Assembly (NCBI GenBank): GCA_964355645.1
Contig: CAYHDI010000002.1
Location: forward strand, 92,522 to 156,521
Source: an uncultured Candidatus Saccharibacteria bacterium
Lineage (GTDB): Bacteria > Patescibacteriota > Minisyncoccia > Phycocordibacterales > Zambryskibacteraceae
Direction of reading: 5' to 3'
Length of the DNA stretch: 64,000 bases
How positions within the stretch are numbered: the stretch's first letter is position 1; every line of letters starts with the position of its first letter. Of this stretch, positions 17,509-27,486 are shown one piece after another. The translations under genes and the position numbers were made by a program. A model generated the notes under the pieces. It made no database searches and had not been told where the DNA came from. It saw nothing but the letters and a program-made list of their open reading frames with translations.

Positions 17509-18634
17509 GCGATAGGGCGATTTTTAGGATTTCCTCGGCCACCATTCTGGCTGCGTCGGGTTTGTAGAAGGCTTTGGCTGCGGTAATCATCTTGCCTCGT
17601 TCAGGCAAATTATTCACCAAACGATCAATTTCTGCCCCGAGAATATTGGCGGTTAAATTCGATTGTTCTATCACTTCGCAAGCTCCAGCCCGGGCATAAG
17701 CGAAAGCATTTGAACGTTGATCATGACTCGTGGGTTCAGGGATAGGCACGATAATTGATGGAAGCCCCCAGGCAGCGATTTCAAAAATGGTTGAACCGGC
17801 TCTCGAGATAACGACCGAAGCTACTCCGGCGGACATCCTCATGGCCAGGGCGTTTAAATAATCAAATGGTTTGTATCTGTCCTTGTGTTCAGATTTATAA
17901 AGTACCGCGTCAGCGGTTGCTTTGGCCTCAACATACTTCTCTTTCCCAGTTTGATGAATGATGGCATACTTTTCAACCAACTTGGGCAAATCTTCAATCA
18001 AAATATTATTGATATGACCTGAGCCGAGTGAACCTCCGAGGACAAGTACAATGGGAATATTTTCTTCGATTTTTAAAAACTCTCGTGCTCCAGAGACAAT
18101 CGGGTCGGCAATATCCTTTCTCACGGGGTTTCCTGTATGAGCGATTCTATCTTGTCTATCCGCAGGGAAATACTTTGCTGCCTCTGGATAAGAAACAGCA
18201 ATTTTCTCCGCAAATTTTCCGGCCCATAAACTTACCCGTCCGGGGATACTATCCGATTCGTGGATGACGACGGGAATGTGAAGAAGCTTGGCCGCGAACA
18301 AGGCTGGGAAGCTCGCATACCCTCCTTTGCCAAAAACTACATCAGGATAAATCCTATAAATTTCATAAGTCGACACCAAAATACCAACGAAAGTTTTGAA
18401 CAAATCAAAGAAGTTTAAAATAGAAAAATAGCGTCGAAGCTTGCCTGCGGTATTTCTCTTATAAATTACATTGTTCTCGAAAAGCAGACCCGAGTTATAG
18501 GGGTTGGGGGACATATAATAAATTTCTGGCGCCAGGAGGTGTTTGTCTTTGACCAGCTGATTAAGTTCTTCAACTACAGCAATAATAGGATAAAAGTGTC
18601 CGCCAGTGCCTCCTCCAGTAAAAAGAATTCTCAT
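17492..18634 (-). CDS. murG: MurG glycosyltransferase
   Basis: GGGTGGHFYP, GGY, TGNPVR, GGSLG, SRAG, HDQ..NA. Confidence 0.96.
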   Translation of the reverse strand: MRILFTGGGTGGHFYPIIAVVEELNQLVKDKHLLAPEIYYMSPNPYNSGLLFENNVIYKRNTAGKLRRYFSILNFFDLFKTFVGILVSTYEIYRIYPDVVFGKGGYASFPALFAAKLLHIPVVIHESDSIPGRVSLWAGKFAEKIAVSYPEAAKYFPADRQDRIAHTGNPVRKDIADPIVSGAREFLKIEENIPIVLVLGGSLGSGHINNILIEDLPKLVEKYAIIHQTGKEKYVEAKATADAVLYKSEHKDRYKPFDYLNALAMRMSAGVASVVISRAGSTIFEIAAWGLPSIIVPIPEPTSHDQRSNAFAYARAGACEVIEQSNLTANILGAEIDRLVNNLPERGKMITAAKAFYKPDAARMVAEEILKIALSHEIEK

Positions 18635-18642
18635 TTTGTTTA

Positions 18643-19761
18643 TTAATTGTTTGTCCGCCGGTTGGCGGATTGTGATTTGGAAATTGAGAGAATGATGCCG
18701 ACTTCAAGTAGAGTGATGAAGAGTGACGTTCCTCCGTGACTCACGAACGGTAAGGTAATGCCTGAAAGAGGAAGAACTCCAAGCATGGCCCCAATATTCA
18801 CAAACGCTTGGGCTACAATCATTATAACAATTCCCACGACCAACAGTCTACCGAACATATCTGGTACTTTAGAAGCAATTTTCAAACCCCGCAGAGTAAA
18901 AAGTACATAAAGCATAACTAAAATGCATGCGCCGAGGAAACCGAATTCTTCTGCTTCTACAGCGAAGATAGAATCTCCGATTGGCTCAGGCAGAAAATTA
19001 AATTTCTGAATACTTTGTCCAAATCCCCTACCGAACATTCCACCCGAACCTATGGCGATGAGAGACTGCTGAATTTGATAGCCCGAACCTTGGGCATTTT
19101 CGCTTGGATTTAAAAACGTGGTGATGCGTTGCATCACATAAGGCCTTGAGAAAGCGAGGGCTCCTACAGCGAGTATGGCTGTTACTATGACAATTAAAAT
19201 ATATTTCCATCTACCTCCAGCCACGAGAAAAATAGCCATCCCAGAAAAAACAATCATCAGAAAATTGTCTGTGTCTGGTTGTTTTATAAGAAGTGCGCCT
19301 AGGACAAGAAACAGGGCGACCAGTGGAGCAAACCCATATTTGAAAGTTTTCATTTTGTCTTTCACACTTGCAGCCCACGCGGAGAAATAAACAACGAATG
19401 CCAGTTTAAGAATTTCGGCTGGCTGAATCGAAATTCCCGCAATAATGAACCACCTGCGTGCCCCACCGTATTCAAAACCAATGTGCGGGATAAGAACGAG
19501 AATATTGAGAATAATAGAAATAGCTAGGAAATAAAAAGCGGTTTTCTTCCAGATTTTATAATCAAATCTTGAGGTAACAATCATGGCGATGGTGCCGAGG
19601 AAAAGTCCGAGAATGGTTTGGGAAAATGTGACTGAGGAATATTGAGTATCACTCCTTGCGAGTAGTCCAAGTGAAGCGGAGCTAAAAATAAAAAACCCTG
19701 CGACCATCAGAGCCACAGTCCAAAATAAGAAAACCTTGTCAATTTTCCATTTCGAAAGCAT
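18643..19761 (-). CDS. ftsW: SEDS family peptidoglycan glycosyltransferase FtsW
   Basis: GARRW, QPAE, QPD, GYQ..QS..AIGSGG, LPFVSHGGTS; next to murG and mraY. Confidence 0.93.
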   Translation of the reverse strand: MLSKWKIDKVFLFWTVALMVAGFFIFSSASLGLLARSDTQYSSVTFSQTILGLFLGTIAMIVTSRFDYKIWKKTAFYFLAISIILNILVLIPHIGFEYGGARRWFIIAGISIQPAEILKLAFVVYFSAWAASVKDKMKTFKYGFAPLVALFLVLGALLIKQPDTDNFLMIVFSGMAIFLVAGGRWKYILIVIVTAILAVGALAFSRPYVMQRITTFLNPSENAQGSGYQIQQSLIAIGSGGMFGRGFGQSIQKFNFLPEPIGDSIFAVEAEEFGFLGACILVMLYVLFTLRGLKIASKVPDMFGRLLVVGIVIMIVAQAFVNIGAMLGVLPLSGITLPFVSHGGTSLFITLLEVGIILSISKSQSANRRTNN

Positions 19762-19785
19762 TTCACGAATTATAACACTAAATAA

Positions 19786-20838
19786 TTATCCGAGCAGAGC
19801 AAGGACGAGGCCGAGCATGGCGCAGATGACACCAATCACCCAATAGCGCATAACGACTTTTGTGGCTGGCCAACCGAGAGCTTGAAAATGATGATGGAGC
19901 GGAGCAACCCGAAATATTTTCTTGCCATTCCGAAACTTTTTGGACAAAAGCTGAAGAGAACTTGAAGCAGATGAGACGACCAGAGGAAACGCGATGATTG
20001 GTAGGAGCAAGGCTTCTTGAGTGAGGAAAGCCACCACAGCTAGAGTCATGGTCAGGGCCATAATTCCCGTCTCAGACATGAAGAATCGTGCCGGTGGAAT
20101 ATTGAACCACAAAAAAGCCAGCAAGCTTCCAACAATGACGAAACAAAATGTGGCCAAGTCGATTTGATTGTGAAAAAAGGCAATCATTCCATAAGAACTA
20201 AAAATAGCAGTGAAAATTCCTCCAGACAAACCATCAAGTCCGTCTATTACTCCTCCTGAATATGTCCCGAGCATGACCAAAACGAAGAATGGAATGAAAA
20301 GCCAACCGATATTTAAAAGACCATAAAATGGCACCAAGATTGAGGTCATTTCAAGTTTAGAATAAAACCACCAGGCTCCAATCAAACCAACTACGAGAAC
20401 AACAAAAATTCTTTTTTTAAACGAAAGCCCGCCGGCTTTTTGATCATAACGTTCAGTGACTGACCAATAATCATCTACTAGGCCAATGAGTGCACCGGCT
20501 ATGAGAGTGAATACTGTGAGCCAAGTTTGATTGCGACTAAGAAAATTTAATTTATCAAATATTGGTCCGTCAACCATACTTGCGAACCAAAACAATCCAA
20601 TAGTAATAAGTGTGCTGGCCCAAATCACAATTCCTCCCATCCGCGGAGTTTGTCTCGCCTCATCATTATGAAGTGATTGGGTGATTGGTGCTGAAGTACC
20701 GTCCGTGGTCACGGCGACACTTTTCTTTTTCCAAAGTTTGTTTCGATACAGATAATCAGTGACCGAAGGAGTGATGAGTACACCCAATCCGAATGACACA
20801 ATTGAAGGTATAAATATCTTTACTACATCAGTAATCAT
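19786..20838 (-). CDS. mraY: phospho-MurNAc-pentapeptide transferase
   Basis: TPRMGG, DDY, DGLDGL, FNIPPA, APLHHHF. Confidence 0.95.
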   Translation of the reverse strand: MITDVVKIFIPSIVSFGLGVLITPSVTDYLYRNKLWKKKSVAVTTDGTSAPITQSLHNDEARQTPRMGGIVIWASTLITIGLFWFASMVDGPIFDKLNFLSRNQTWLTVFTLIAGALIGLVDDYWSVTERYDQKAGGLSFKKRIFVVLVVGLIGAWWFYSKLEMTSILVPFYGLLNIGWLFIPFFVLVMLGTYSGGVIDGLDGLSGGIFTAIFSSYGMIAFFHNQIDLATFCFVIVGSLLAFLWFNIPPARFFMSETGIMALTMTLAVVAFLTQEALLLPIIAFPLVVSSASSSLQLLSKKFRNGKKIFRVAPLHHHFQALGWPATKVVMRYWVIGVICAMLGLVLALLG

Positions 20839-20851
20839 AGAGCTATTATAC

Positions 20852-21769
20852 TTATTTTTTAAAACTTTGTATGCTTTCGAAGGTCGCCTCCACTAATTTT
20901 TCCATATCTGTAAACCTGTCTTCAGCGGTTGAACCTAAAACTGAAATAACGATTGGTCGACCAATTTCTGGATCGAAAGCGATTATAAGGTTGCCTCCGG
21001 CAAGGTCTGTGAAGCCGGTCTTTGAACCTTTAATTCCTGGAATATTTTCAGCAATAGGGTCAGTATTTTTCACTTTATGAACAATATTGTTTGAAGAAGA
21101 AATATTGAATTCAGCTTTGGTGGTGGCGGATAATAGATTCGGATAATTTTTCAAAATATAGGCGAACATGGTGGTGGTATCTCGTGCGGAACCGTAAGCT
21201 CCACCCCTTTGAGATGATTCGTCTATACCAGTTGGATTAAAGAAATAAGTGTTCTTCATTCCAAGTTCGTCGGCCTTGGTATTCATTGAATTAATGAAAT
21301 CTTTTTCTGCTCCAAACGCAAGGGCGACAGCTGTGGCTCCGTCGTTCGAGGAAGAAGCTAGAAGAAAATCCAAAAGTTTTTCGAGTGACCACTTTTCTCC
21401 AACTCGAAGACCACTATCCCCTTCTGCTCGAATAGCATAACTTGAAATGGTGACGATGCTGTCTTTGGATTCATGACTTTGGGCTACGAGGGCGGTCATC
21501 ACCTTGGTCAATGAAGCAAGAGGCAATCGTTCGTCAGGGTTGCGACTGAACAAAACTTTGTTTGTCCGTACATCATAAACAAAAATAGATTTGGCTGTCA
21601 GGTTTAAATTCTCAAATGGGTTTATGGCCACTTGTGCTGGTGATGAAATGCGATTGCGCAGAGCTTGATGACTAACAACAAATGAAACAACGATTATCCC
21701 AACTAGAATTGCTCCAAGGATAGAAAAGAATTTAATTTCAAATTGACTGGCTAAAAGTTTTTTATTCAT
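20852..21769 (-). CDS. D-alanyl-D-alanine carboxypeptidase (S11)
   Basis: ASLTK (SxxK), SSN (SxN), KTG. Confidence 0.93.
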   Translation of the reverse strand: MNKKLLASQFEIKFFSILGAILVGIIVVSFVVSHQALRNRISSPAQVAINPFENLNLTAKSIFVYDVRTNKVLFSRNPDERLPLASLTKVMTALVAQSHESKDSIVTISSYAIRAEGDSGLRVGEKWSLEKLLDFLLASSSNDGATAVALAFGAEKDFINSMNTKADELGMKNTYFFNPTGIDESSQRGGAYGSARDTTTMFAYILKNYPNLLSATTKAEFNISSSNNIVHKVKNTDPIAENIPGIKGSKTGFTDLAGGNLIIAFDPEIGRPIVISVLGSTAEDRFTDMEKLVEATFESIQSFKK

Positions 21770-22353
21770 TCTGTTTTTCCCGACGTTTCAGTCGGGACCC
21801 CGACCTCTTCGAGCGTCGGGGCTTCCTGGGGGATTTTAGAGAACTCTTCAATTTTTTCTAAGGCCTTCGCAAATTCAGGCAATTCCTCTTTTTTGGTCAC
21901 GCCCAAAAACCTCATAAGTTCTAGGGTTGATTTATAGCTGAAACTCCTTTCTCCGGCCTCGCTCTCACTCCTTTCTATAAGACCTCTTATAAGGAGATTT
22001 CGGAGGATAAAGCTCGAATTAACCCCTCGTATATAGTCTATCTCCCTGCGCGAAATTGGGCCTTTATAGAGGATTATAGCCAGGGTTTCGAGCCCAGCTC
22101 GGCCTATATCCCTTGATAATTCGTCCTTTTGGACCTTCTCAATGAGATTTGAGACCTGAGGGCTAGTGCCTAGACTTAGTTCATCGCCATTACTGATAAG
22201 CACAATACCCCTATCTCTATAGAAGTTTTGTAAACTTTCTACAGCCAAACGAATATCTTCAACAGGAGTGGAAAGCATTTTACCAAGTTCAACAAGAGTC
22301 ATTGGCTCATTTTTAAAAAATAACAAGGCTTCGATTTTTGATTCTAAATTCAT
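21766..22353 (-). CDS. scpB: SMC-Scp complex subunit ScpB
   Basis: IEALLF, LETLAII.Y, IRGVNS. Confidence 0.94.
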   Translation of the reverse strand: MNLESKIEALLFFKNEPMTLVELGKMLSTPVEDIRLAVESLQNFYRDRGIVLISNGDELSLGTSPQVSNLIEKVQKDELSRDIGRAGLETLAIILYKGPISRREIDYIRGVNSSFILRNLLIRGLIERSESEAGERSFSYKSTLELMRFLGVTKKEELPEFAKALEKIEEFSKIPQEAPTLEEVGVPTETSGKTE

Positions 22354-22354
22354 T

Positions 22355-23101
22355 TTATATTTTGTTTACAACCTCACTTTCCATTTCTATCTCTCCCTTT
22401 CCTATCTGATTGACTCGAAGGATATCACGTTTGACGAGCTCAAGCATAGCAAGAAAACCAACAATAATCATCACTTTCTTCTCATAGGTCATGGAGCCTG
22501 ACACTCCAAGATCTTGACCATAAAAATCCTTAAAATTCATTTTCATACCTTTGGAAATTCTCTCGGTTAATTTGGTGATGGTTTCTTCAAGGTTAATTAT
22601 TTTTCTGACTGTGGCTTTCGGCAACGACTCCTTCTGTGGAAGAGATTGAACCACTCGCATGAGAGCGAGATGGAGCTCACTCACGTTAGTTTTAGAATCT
22701 GGAGAGAAAACGATTGGGACATTCTTCGAGGGATTCTTTTCAAAAATAATTTTCTGTCCGAAGATTTTCTTTATCTCAAGTGAAAGTTCTTTGATGCGGG
22801 CATAAATCACTAAGCGCTTTTCCAAATCTTCAATTGAGGCCTCCTCTTCTTCAGTTAGTTCGAGCATAGGCAGAAGTGAGCGCGACTTCACGAGCATGAG
22901 GGTTGAAGCGATGACAATAAACTCGGCTGACTCCCCTATCGGAAATTCTTCATGTGATTCAATATATTTAATGAAATCATCCGTCACTTGAGCCAGCGAG
23001 ACATCATTCACAAACAATTTTCTTTTCTCTACCAAATCCAAAAGAAGGTCCAACGGGCCTTCGAATACCGCAGTCTTTACCGAGTATTTCAATTCATCCA
23101 T
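22355..23101 (-). CDS. scpA: segregation and condensation protein A
   Basis: FEGPLDLLL, KSRSLLP, FLAMLEL. Confidence 0.95.
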   Translation of the reverse strand: MDELKYSVKTAVFEGPLDLLLDLVEKRKLFVNDVSLAQVTDDFIKYIESHEEFPIGESAEFIVIASTLMLVKSRSLLPMLELTEEEEASIEDLEKRLVIYARIKELSLEIKKIFGQKIIFEKNPSKNVPIVFSPDSKTNVSELHLALMRVVQSLPQKESLPKATVRKIINLEETITKLTERISKGMKMNFKDFYGQDLGVSGSMTYEKKVMIIVGFLAMLELVKRDILRVNQIGKGEIEMESEVVNKI

Positions 23102-23143
23102 TTATGAAATTATAGCTTTTTAAGCCGTTTTTTAAAAGAAAAT

Positions 23144-23169
23144 GCCTAGGTATGAATTCATACCTAGGC
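23144..23169. terminator. perfect 26-bp palindrome downstream of an orphan gene
   Basis: GCCTAGGTATGAA|TTCATACCTAGGC followed by T-rich sequence on the minus strand. Confidence 0.65.
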
Positions 23170-23176
23170 GCTCAAA

Positions 23177-23554
23177 CTACTTCTCAATCGAACCAATTGA
23201 TGATGACGAGAATATTTCAAATGTTCTGAAAGGGATTTTACCCCTTTTGAAAAGCTCAATCTTCACAGTTACGCCACCAGATACATAAGAGAAGATACTC
23301 AGTGTTATTTGCACTCTGTGCGCATCACTGAATGCTGTAGTCCAGTTGTCGAAACCATTACAAATACGATTCCTCAACAGCAAAACGTGCTTGGGGATAT
23401 TCGAATCTAGATCCTCAGATTCTCCCCAAAAGGAGGCGAGGTCGGTTCCGATACGAAGTGCAGTTCTAACGCAAGGTTCGTTGCGAAACACAGGATCTGT
23501 TTCGATCTTTCGACGCAAATCAGGCATAACGTATATACCAATTTTCTTGAACAT
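23177..23554 (-). CDS. hypothetical orphan protein
   Basis: Own promoter TTGACA-16-TATTAT (23647-23620), GAGG SD and terminator. Confidence 0.55.
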   Translation of the reverse strand: MFKKIGIYVMPDLRRKIETDPVFRNEPCVRTALRIGTDLASFWGESEDLDSNIPKHVLLLRNRICNGFDNWTTAFSDAHRVQITLSIFSYVSGGVTVKIELFKRGKIPFRTFEIFSSSSIGSIEK

Positions 23555-23720
23555 TTCGCGATTTCCTCATTGAAGGGTGGCTCGCTATGGCCACGTGGTG
23601 AAAGAACAGCCGAATCCCTATAATACATAAGTTTACGGGACTGTCAAATACGTTATAAATTACCTATAGGCAATAAGAAGCGTGTTGGAATTATTTTAAA
23701 GAGAACTTTAATTATGTTGA

Positions 23721-25157
23721 TTATTTCAATTTCAAACCCAATTCCTTGAGTTGTTTTTCTGAGGCTTCGGATGGAGAATCCATCATCAAATCCTTGCCCT
23801 CGCCGTTTTTAGGGAAAGCCATCACTTCTCGAATATTTGGCTCATTTTCAAGCATCATCACGAGACGATCAAGCCCCCACGCGATACCTCCGTGTGGTGG
23901 TGTACCAGAACGAAAAGCTTCAAGCATGTAGAAAAGATTTTTCTCTACTTCTTCTTTGGAAACTCCCATTATTTCGTATACTGCAAGCAGGGCTTCGGGT
24001 TTGTGATTCCTGATACTCCCTCCACCAATCTCATTGCCATTCAAAATAATATCGTATTGATTGGTGAGAATATTCGGGATGTTTCTTTTGTTCAATAAAT
24101 CTTCTGCGAATTCGGGTTGAGCTCCAGAAAACGGATTATGAGTGAAGGTCCATTCACCTGTGGCTGTCGGGTTATCAGATTTATCTGTTTTCTCGAAAAA
24201 TGGAAAGTCTACGACCCAGCAGAAAGAGAGAAGATCTTTGTCATCCTTATTCTTTCTCAAATCTGGTCTATCCGTCCCGTATTTTTTCACAGCCTCCTTA
24301 TAAGAAATTCTGGGGAAAGGAATTTCCTGAATCTTTTTGTCTGGATAAAGTTCTGTGACCAAAGCGATGAGAAGCTTCTCATTGAGCTCCATCACATCTT
24401 CTCTCTCCACAAAACTCATTTCAAGGTCGAGTTGAGTGAATTCCGGTTGTCTGTCACCACGAAGGTCTTCATCGCGCATACATTTGGCCATTTGGAAATA
24501 TCTTTCCATACCCGAAGCCATGAAAAGTTGTTTGTATTGCTGAGGAGCTTGAGGCAAAGCATAGAATTTCCCTTTCTCTAATCTTGAAGGCACGAGGAAA
24601 TCTCTCGCTCCTTCAGCGGTGGATTTAGAAAGAATCGGTGTCTCAATTTCAATAAAATTTTCTTGATCAAGAAAATCTCTAATAAACTTTACCACCTTGT
24701 GTCGGTGTCTCAGATTTTTCTGCATTCTTGGTCGGCGAAGATCAAGGTAGCGATATTTCAATCTATTTTCCTCACCAATTTCCTTTCCATCACTAGATAC
24801 ATCGAAAGCTGGAGTTTCGGCTTTATTAAGAATTTCAATTTCTGTCACCTCAAGCTCTAAATCCCCATTCAAGACGTCTTTGTTGATGTTTTTCTCGGGT
24901 CTTTTGTTCACTATTCCAGTAATTTTCAAAACCCACTCTGGACGCATCTTCCCGGCAATTTCCATTGCCGAGGATCCTCGACTTTCAGTCGGGACTTCTG
25001 CTTTCGCAGGCAAAACTACGCATTGAACCTTGCCGGTCATATCGCGCATGTCGAAGAAAACCATCTTGCCTTGATCACGACGAATATCTACCCATCCTGA
25101 AATGGAAACTTCTTTCCCTACATGTTTTTCTAGATCTTTAATATAAGTTCTATTCAT
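23721..25157 (-). CDS. aspS: aspartate--tRNA ligase (short form without GAD insertion)
   Basis: OB fold, RLKYRYLDLRR, EGARDF, RDEDLRGDRQPEFTQ, PPHGGIAWGLDR. Confidence 0.96.
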   Translation of the reverse strand: MNRTYIKDLEKHVGKEVSISGWVDIRRDQGKMVFFDMRDMTGKVQCVVLPAKAEVPTESRGSSAMEIAGKMRPEWVLKITGIVNKRPEKNINKDVLNGDLELEVTEIEILNKAETPAFDVSSDGKEIGEENRLKYRYLDLRRPRMQKNLRHRHKVVKFIRDFLDQENFIEIETPILSKSTAEGARDFLVPSRLEKGKFYALPQAPQQYKQLFMASGMERYFQMAKCMRDEDLRGDRQPEFTQLDLEMSFVEREDVMELNEKLLIALVTELYPDKKIQEIPFPRISYKEAVKKYGTDRPDLRKNKDDKDLLSFCWVVDFPFFEKTDKSDNPTATGEWTFTHNPFSGAQPEFAEDLLNKRNIPNILTNQYDIILNGNEIGGGSIRNHKPEALLAVYEIMGVSKEEVEKNLFYMLEAFRSGTPPHGGIAWGLDRLVMMLENEPNIREVMAFPKNGEGKDLMMDSPSEASEKQLKELGLKLK

Positions 25158-26109
25158 TGTGATGAATTAATCCAACTTTCTTCCTAACTTCTATCATTTT
25201 CTCATGAACTATTTTTCTCATTTTCTCTCCTCCTTCTCGAATAATTTTATCCACTTCATCACCCTTCTTCTCCCACTCGGCTCGTCTATCTCTCATTGGT
25301 CCTATCACGGCCTTAATATCTTTGATTAATTCTTCCTTTAAATCCTTGTATTTGCCTTTTTTTTCTGCATACAACTTCTCAAGTTCCACCTCGGGTCTAA
25401 AGAGTTTGTGAAGCTCGAATACGTTTTTTGGAATATCTGTGCCCGAATCTGTGACTATGCTCATCACTGCTTTCTCTATTTCTTCATTTGTGGCAAAGAG
25501 TGGAATGGTGTTGTTGTAGCTCTTACTCATCTTTTGTCCATCTGTCCCGATAATTGTACCCACACTTTCAATAATCAAAGGTTCAGGTCGAACGAAAGTT
25601 TCTCCATACGCATTATTAAATTTATCTGCAACGTCACCGGCGATTTCTACATGTTGTTTTTGATCAGAACCCACGGGAACAAGTTCAGCATCGTGCACCA
25701 GGATATCCGCCGACATGAGAATCGGATAATTGAAGGTTCCAACATTCACATCTTTCTTCTTGGTTTCAGCATCCTTGAACGCATGTGCGCGAGAGAGGTA
25801 AGGAACAGTAACCAAGCATTCAAATATCCAAGCGAGTTCAGCCACATGCGGGATATCTGATTGAAGAAAAATGGTCACTTTCTCTGGGTCAAGTCCGGCT
25901 CCTAGATAATCCAAAACTAGATTCTTAGTATATTCAGAAAGCTTGTTTGGGTCCTGCGTGGTCGTAAGCGCATGCATGTTGGCCATGAAAAACCTGCATT
26001 CATACTTATCCTGTAAATCAATCCATTGTTTGAGTGCCCCAAAATAGTTTCCAATATGAAGCGGACCGGATGGCTGCATACCTGAAACCAGGATTTTCTT
26101 CTTTGACAT
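25150..26109 (-). CDS. trpS: tryptophan--tRNA ligase
   Basis: QPSG.LHIGN, YPILMSADI, VPVG.DQ.QH, KMSKS. Confidence 0.97.
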   Translation of the reverse strand: MSKKKILVSGMQPSGPLHIGNYFGALKQWIDLQDKYECRFFMANMHALTTTQDPNKLSEYTKNLVLDYLGAGLDPEKVTIFLQSDIPHVAELAWIFECLVTVPYLSRAHAFKDAETKKKDVNVGTFNYPILMSADILVHDAELVPVGSDQKQHVEIAGDVADKFNNAYGETFVRPEPLIIESVGTIIGTDGQKMSKSYNNTIPLFATNEEIEKAVMSIVTDSGTDIPKNVFELHKLFRPEVELEKLYAEKKGKYKDLKEELIKDIKAVIGPMRDRRAEWEKKGDEVDKIIREGGEKMRKIVHEKMIEVRKKVGLIHHNE

Positions 26110-26146
26110 ACGAAAATAATACCAAAATAGGCTCTATTTTGAAAGC

Positions 26147-26533
26147 CTAGAATAGGAGAATGGCAAGAGGCGCTATGAGCCAAATGGTGAAGATTTGTTC
26201 AGGAGCAAAAACTGGATTCAAATAGGCTGGGAAGTGATAGATGGAAGCAATAGGCACAATGTGATACAAAATAGATATAATTAAACCAATGATTGAGACA
26301 ACAAGCAGAATAATTTTTAAATATCTTTTGAATCCCCTATCGGAGTAAACAGAAATGTGTTTGTTTACCACATAAAATATTGGCAAGAAAAAGATAATGA
26401 GAATCATAATGTGATTCCAGAAAAGTTGATCAGAACCTTTGAGAATCGTCAAAGTCTTCACAAAAAACGCTTGAGTGTACAAAAGTATCGCGAGATAAAG
26501 AGAAATAAGTGCAGAGACTAATTTATTTTCCAT
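26147..26533 (-). CDS. hypothetical membrane protein (about 4 TM)
   Basis: Hydrophobic segments throughout. Confidence 0.7.
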   Translation of the reverse strand: MENKLVSALISLYLAILLYTQAFFVKTLTILKGSDQLFWNHIMILIIFFLPIFYVVNKHISVYSDRGFKRYLKIILLVVSIIGLIISILYHIVPIASIYHFPAYLNPVFAPEQIFTIWLIAPLAILLF

Positions 26534-26550
26534 GAATTAATTATATCCTA

Positions 26551-27066
26551 TTATTTTATAGTAATTAATAATGGGCAAAACAACAAGTGGTCTCTTAATT
26601 GAATGACAGCTTTTTGTAATACGGAACTTTCCACAATCCTACTTTCCCCGAACCACGGATCGAATATCTTATATGAATTATCATCATTAACAGATTCAAC
26701 GATTATAAAGTGTGGGGCGTGAGGGTAAATTCCTTCTCCAGCATCAATATATAATATGTAAGGAGTGGGTGTTGAATTCATTAAGTTAGAATCTATCGTT
26801 CGGGAGATAAGTTTAATATTTTTATTATCAAAATTAGTCTTCAAATCCTTAAGAAAGTATTCATTATCAACATACACATCAAAGTCCTCGCGGTACTTTT
26901 CAGAAAAAATATTCAGGACTTTTAATGCATAACTTATCTTTGTTTTGATGTCCTCAACAGCAAGTTCTAATTCCTCCCCTTCTGTTGCTTCACCTTTTGC
27001 AAGTAATAATAAACAAACAGGTAAACAGCCTTCCAAGGTTTCTTGTTTGTATGGCTTGAAATTCAT
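26551..27066 (-). CDS. peptidase C39-like (papain-fold) protein
   Basis: Q-x5-C (QETLEGC), HFIIV, DPW. Confidence 0.7.
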   Translation of the reverse strand: MNFKPYKQETLEGCLPVCLLLLAKGEATEGEELELAVEDIKTKISYALKVLNIFSEKYREDFDVYVDNEYFLKDLKTNFDNKNIKLISRTIDSNLMNSTPTPYILYIDAGEGIYPHAPHFIIVESVNDDNSYKIFDPWFGESRIVESSVLQKAVIQLRDHLLFCPLLITIK

Positions 27067-27084
27067 ATCAATAATTTTAGCATT

Positions 27085-27168
27085 TTATACCCCCTCTTTT
27101 TTAAGTTCCTCAACCAACCTCTTAGCTTCCTTAGAGAGTTTGTCGGATATGTAGATAATTTTCCTCAT
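27085..27168 (-). pseudogene. duplicated dnaJ 3' tail (27-aa ORF)
   Basis: ISDKLSKEAKRLVEELKKEGV* versus dna[22 protein letters not shown]. Confidence 0.8.
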
Positions 27169-27479
27169 AATCCCATCTGCTTAACGGCTCGATTTACTAT
27201 ATCAGCCACATAGTCTTTTCGTTCCCTCGCTATTACGGGAAGTGCTATGCGCACAGAGGCATTATTCGTAGGCAGTAACTCAACTTTTCCATAATTAAAG
27301 TCGGCAAGGCGTGTAATGAATTCATCAAGCCAAGAAGGATTAACTGTGAGGACATCATCAAAGTCGATCTGAACAGGCAGATCTTTATTTAGCTGAGGAC
27401 GAATTGCATTAAAAGCTTCCTGTCCATTTGGTCGTCCTACTAGCACGTTACCGAATTTTTTAAGATGAATTGTTTGCAT
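27165..27479 (-). CDS. STAS-like DUF4325 protein
   Basis: FGNVLVGRPNG, IDFDDV..VNPSWLDEF. Confidence 0.8.
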   Translation of the reverse strand: MQTIHLKKFGNVLVGRPNGQEAFNAIRPQLNKDLPVQIDFDDVLTVNPSWLDEFITRLADFNYGKVELLPTNNASVRIALPVIARERKDYVADIVNRAVKQMGL

Positions 27480-27486
27480 AATGATT

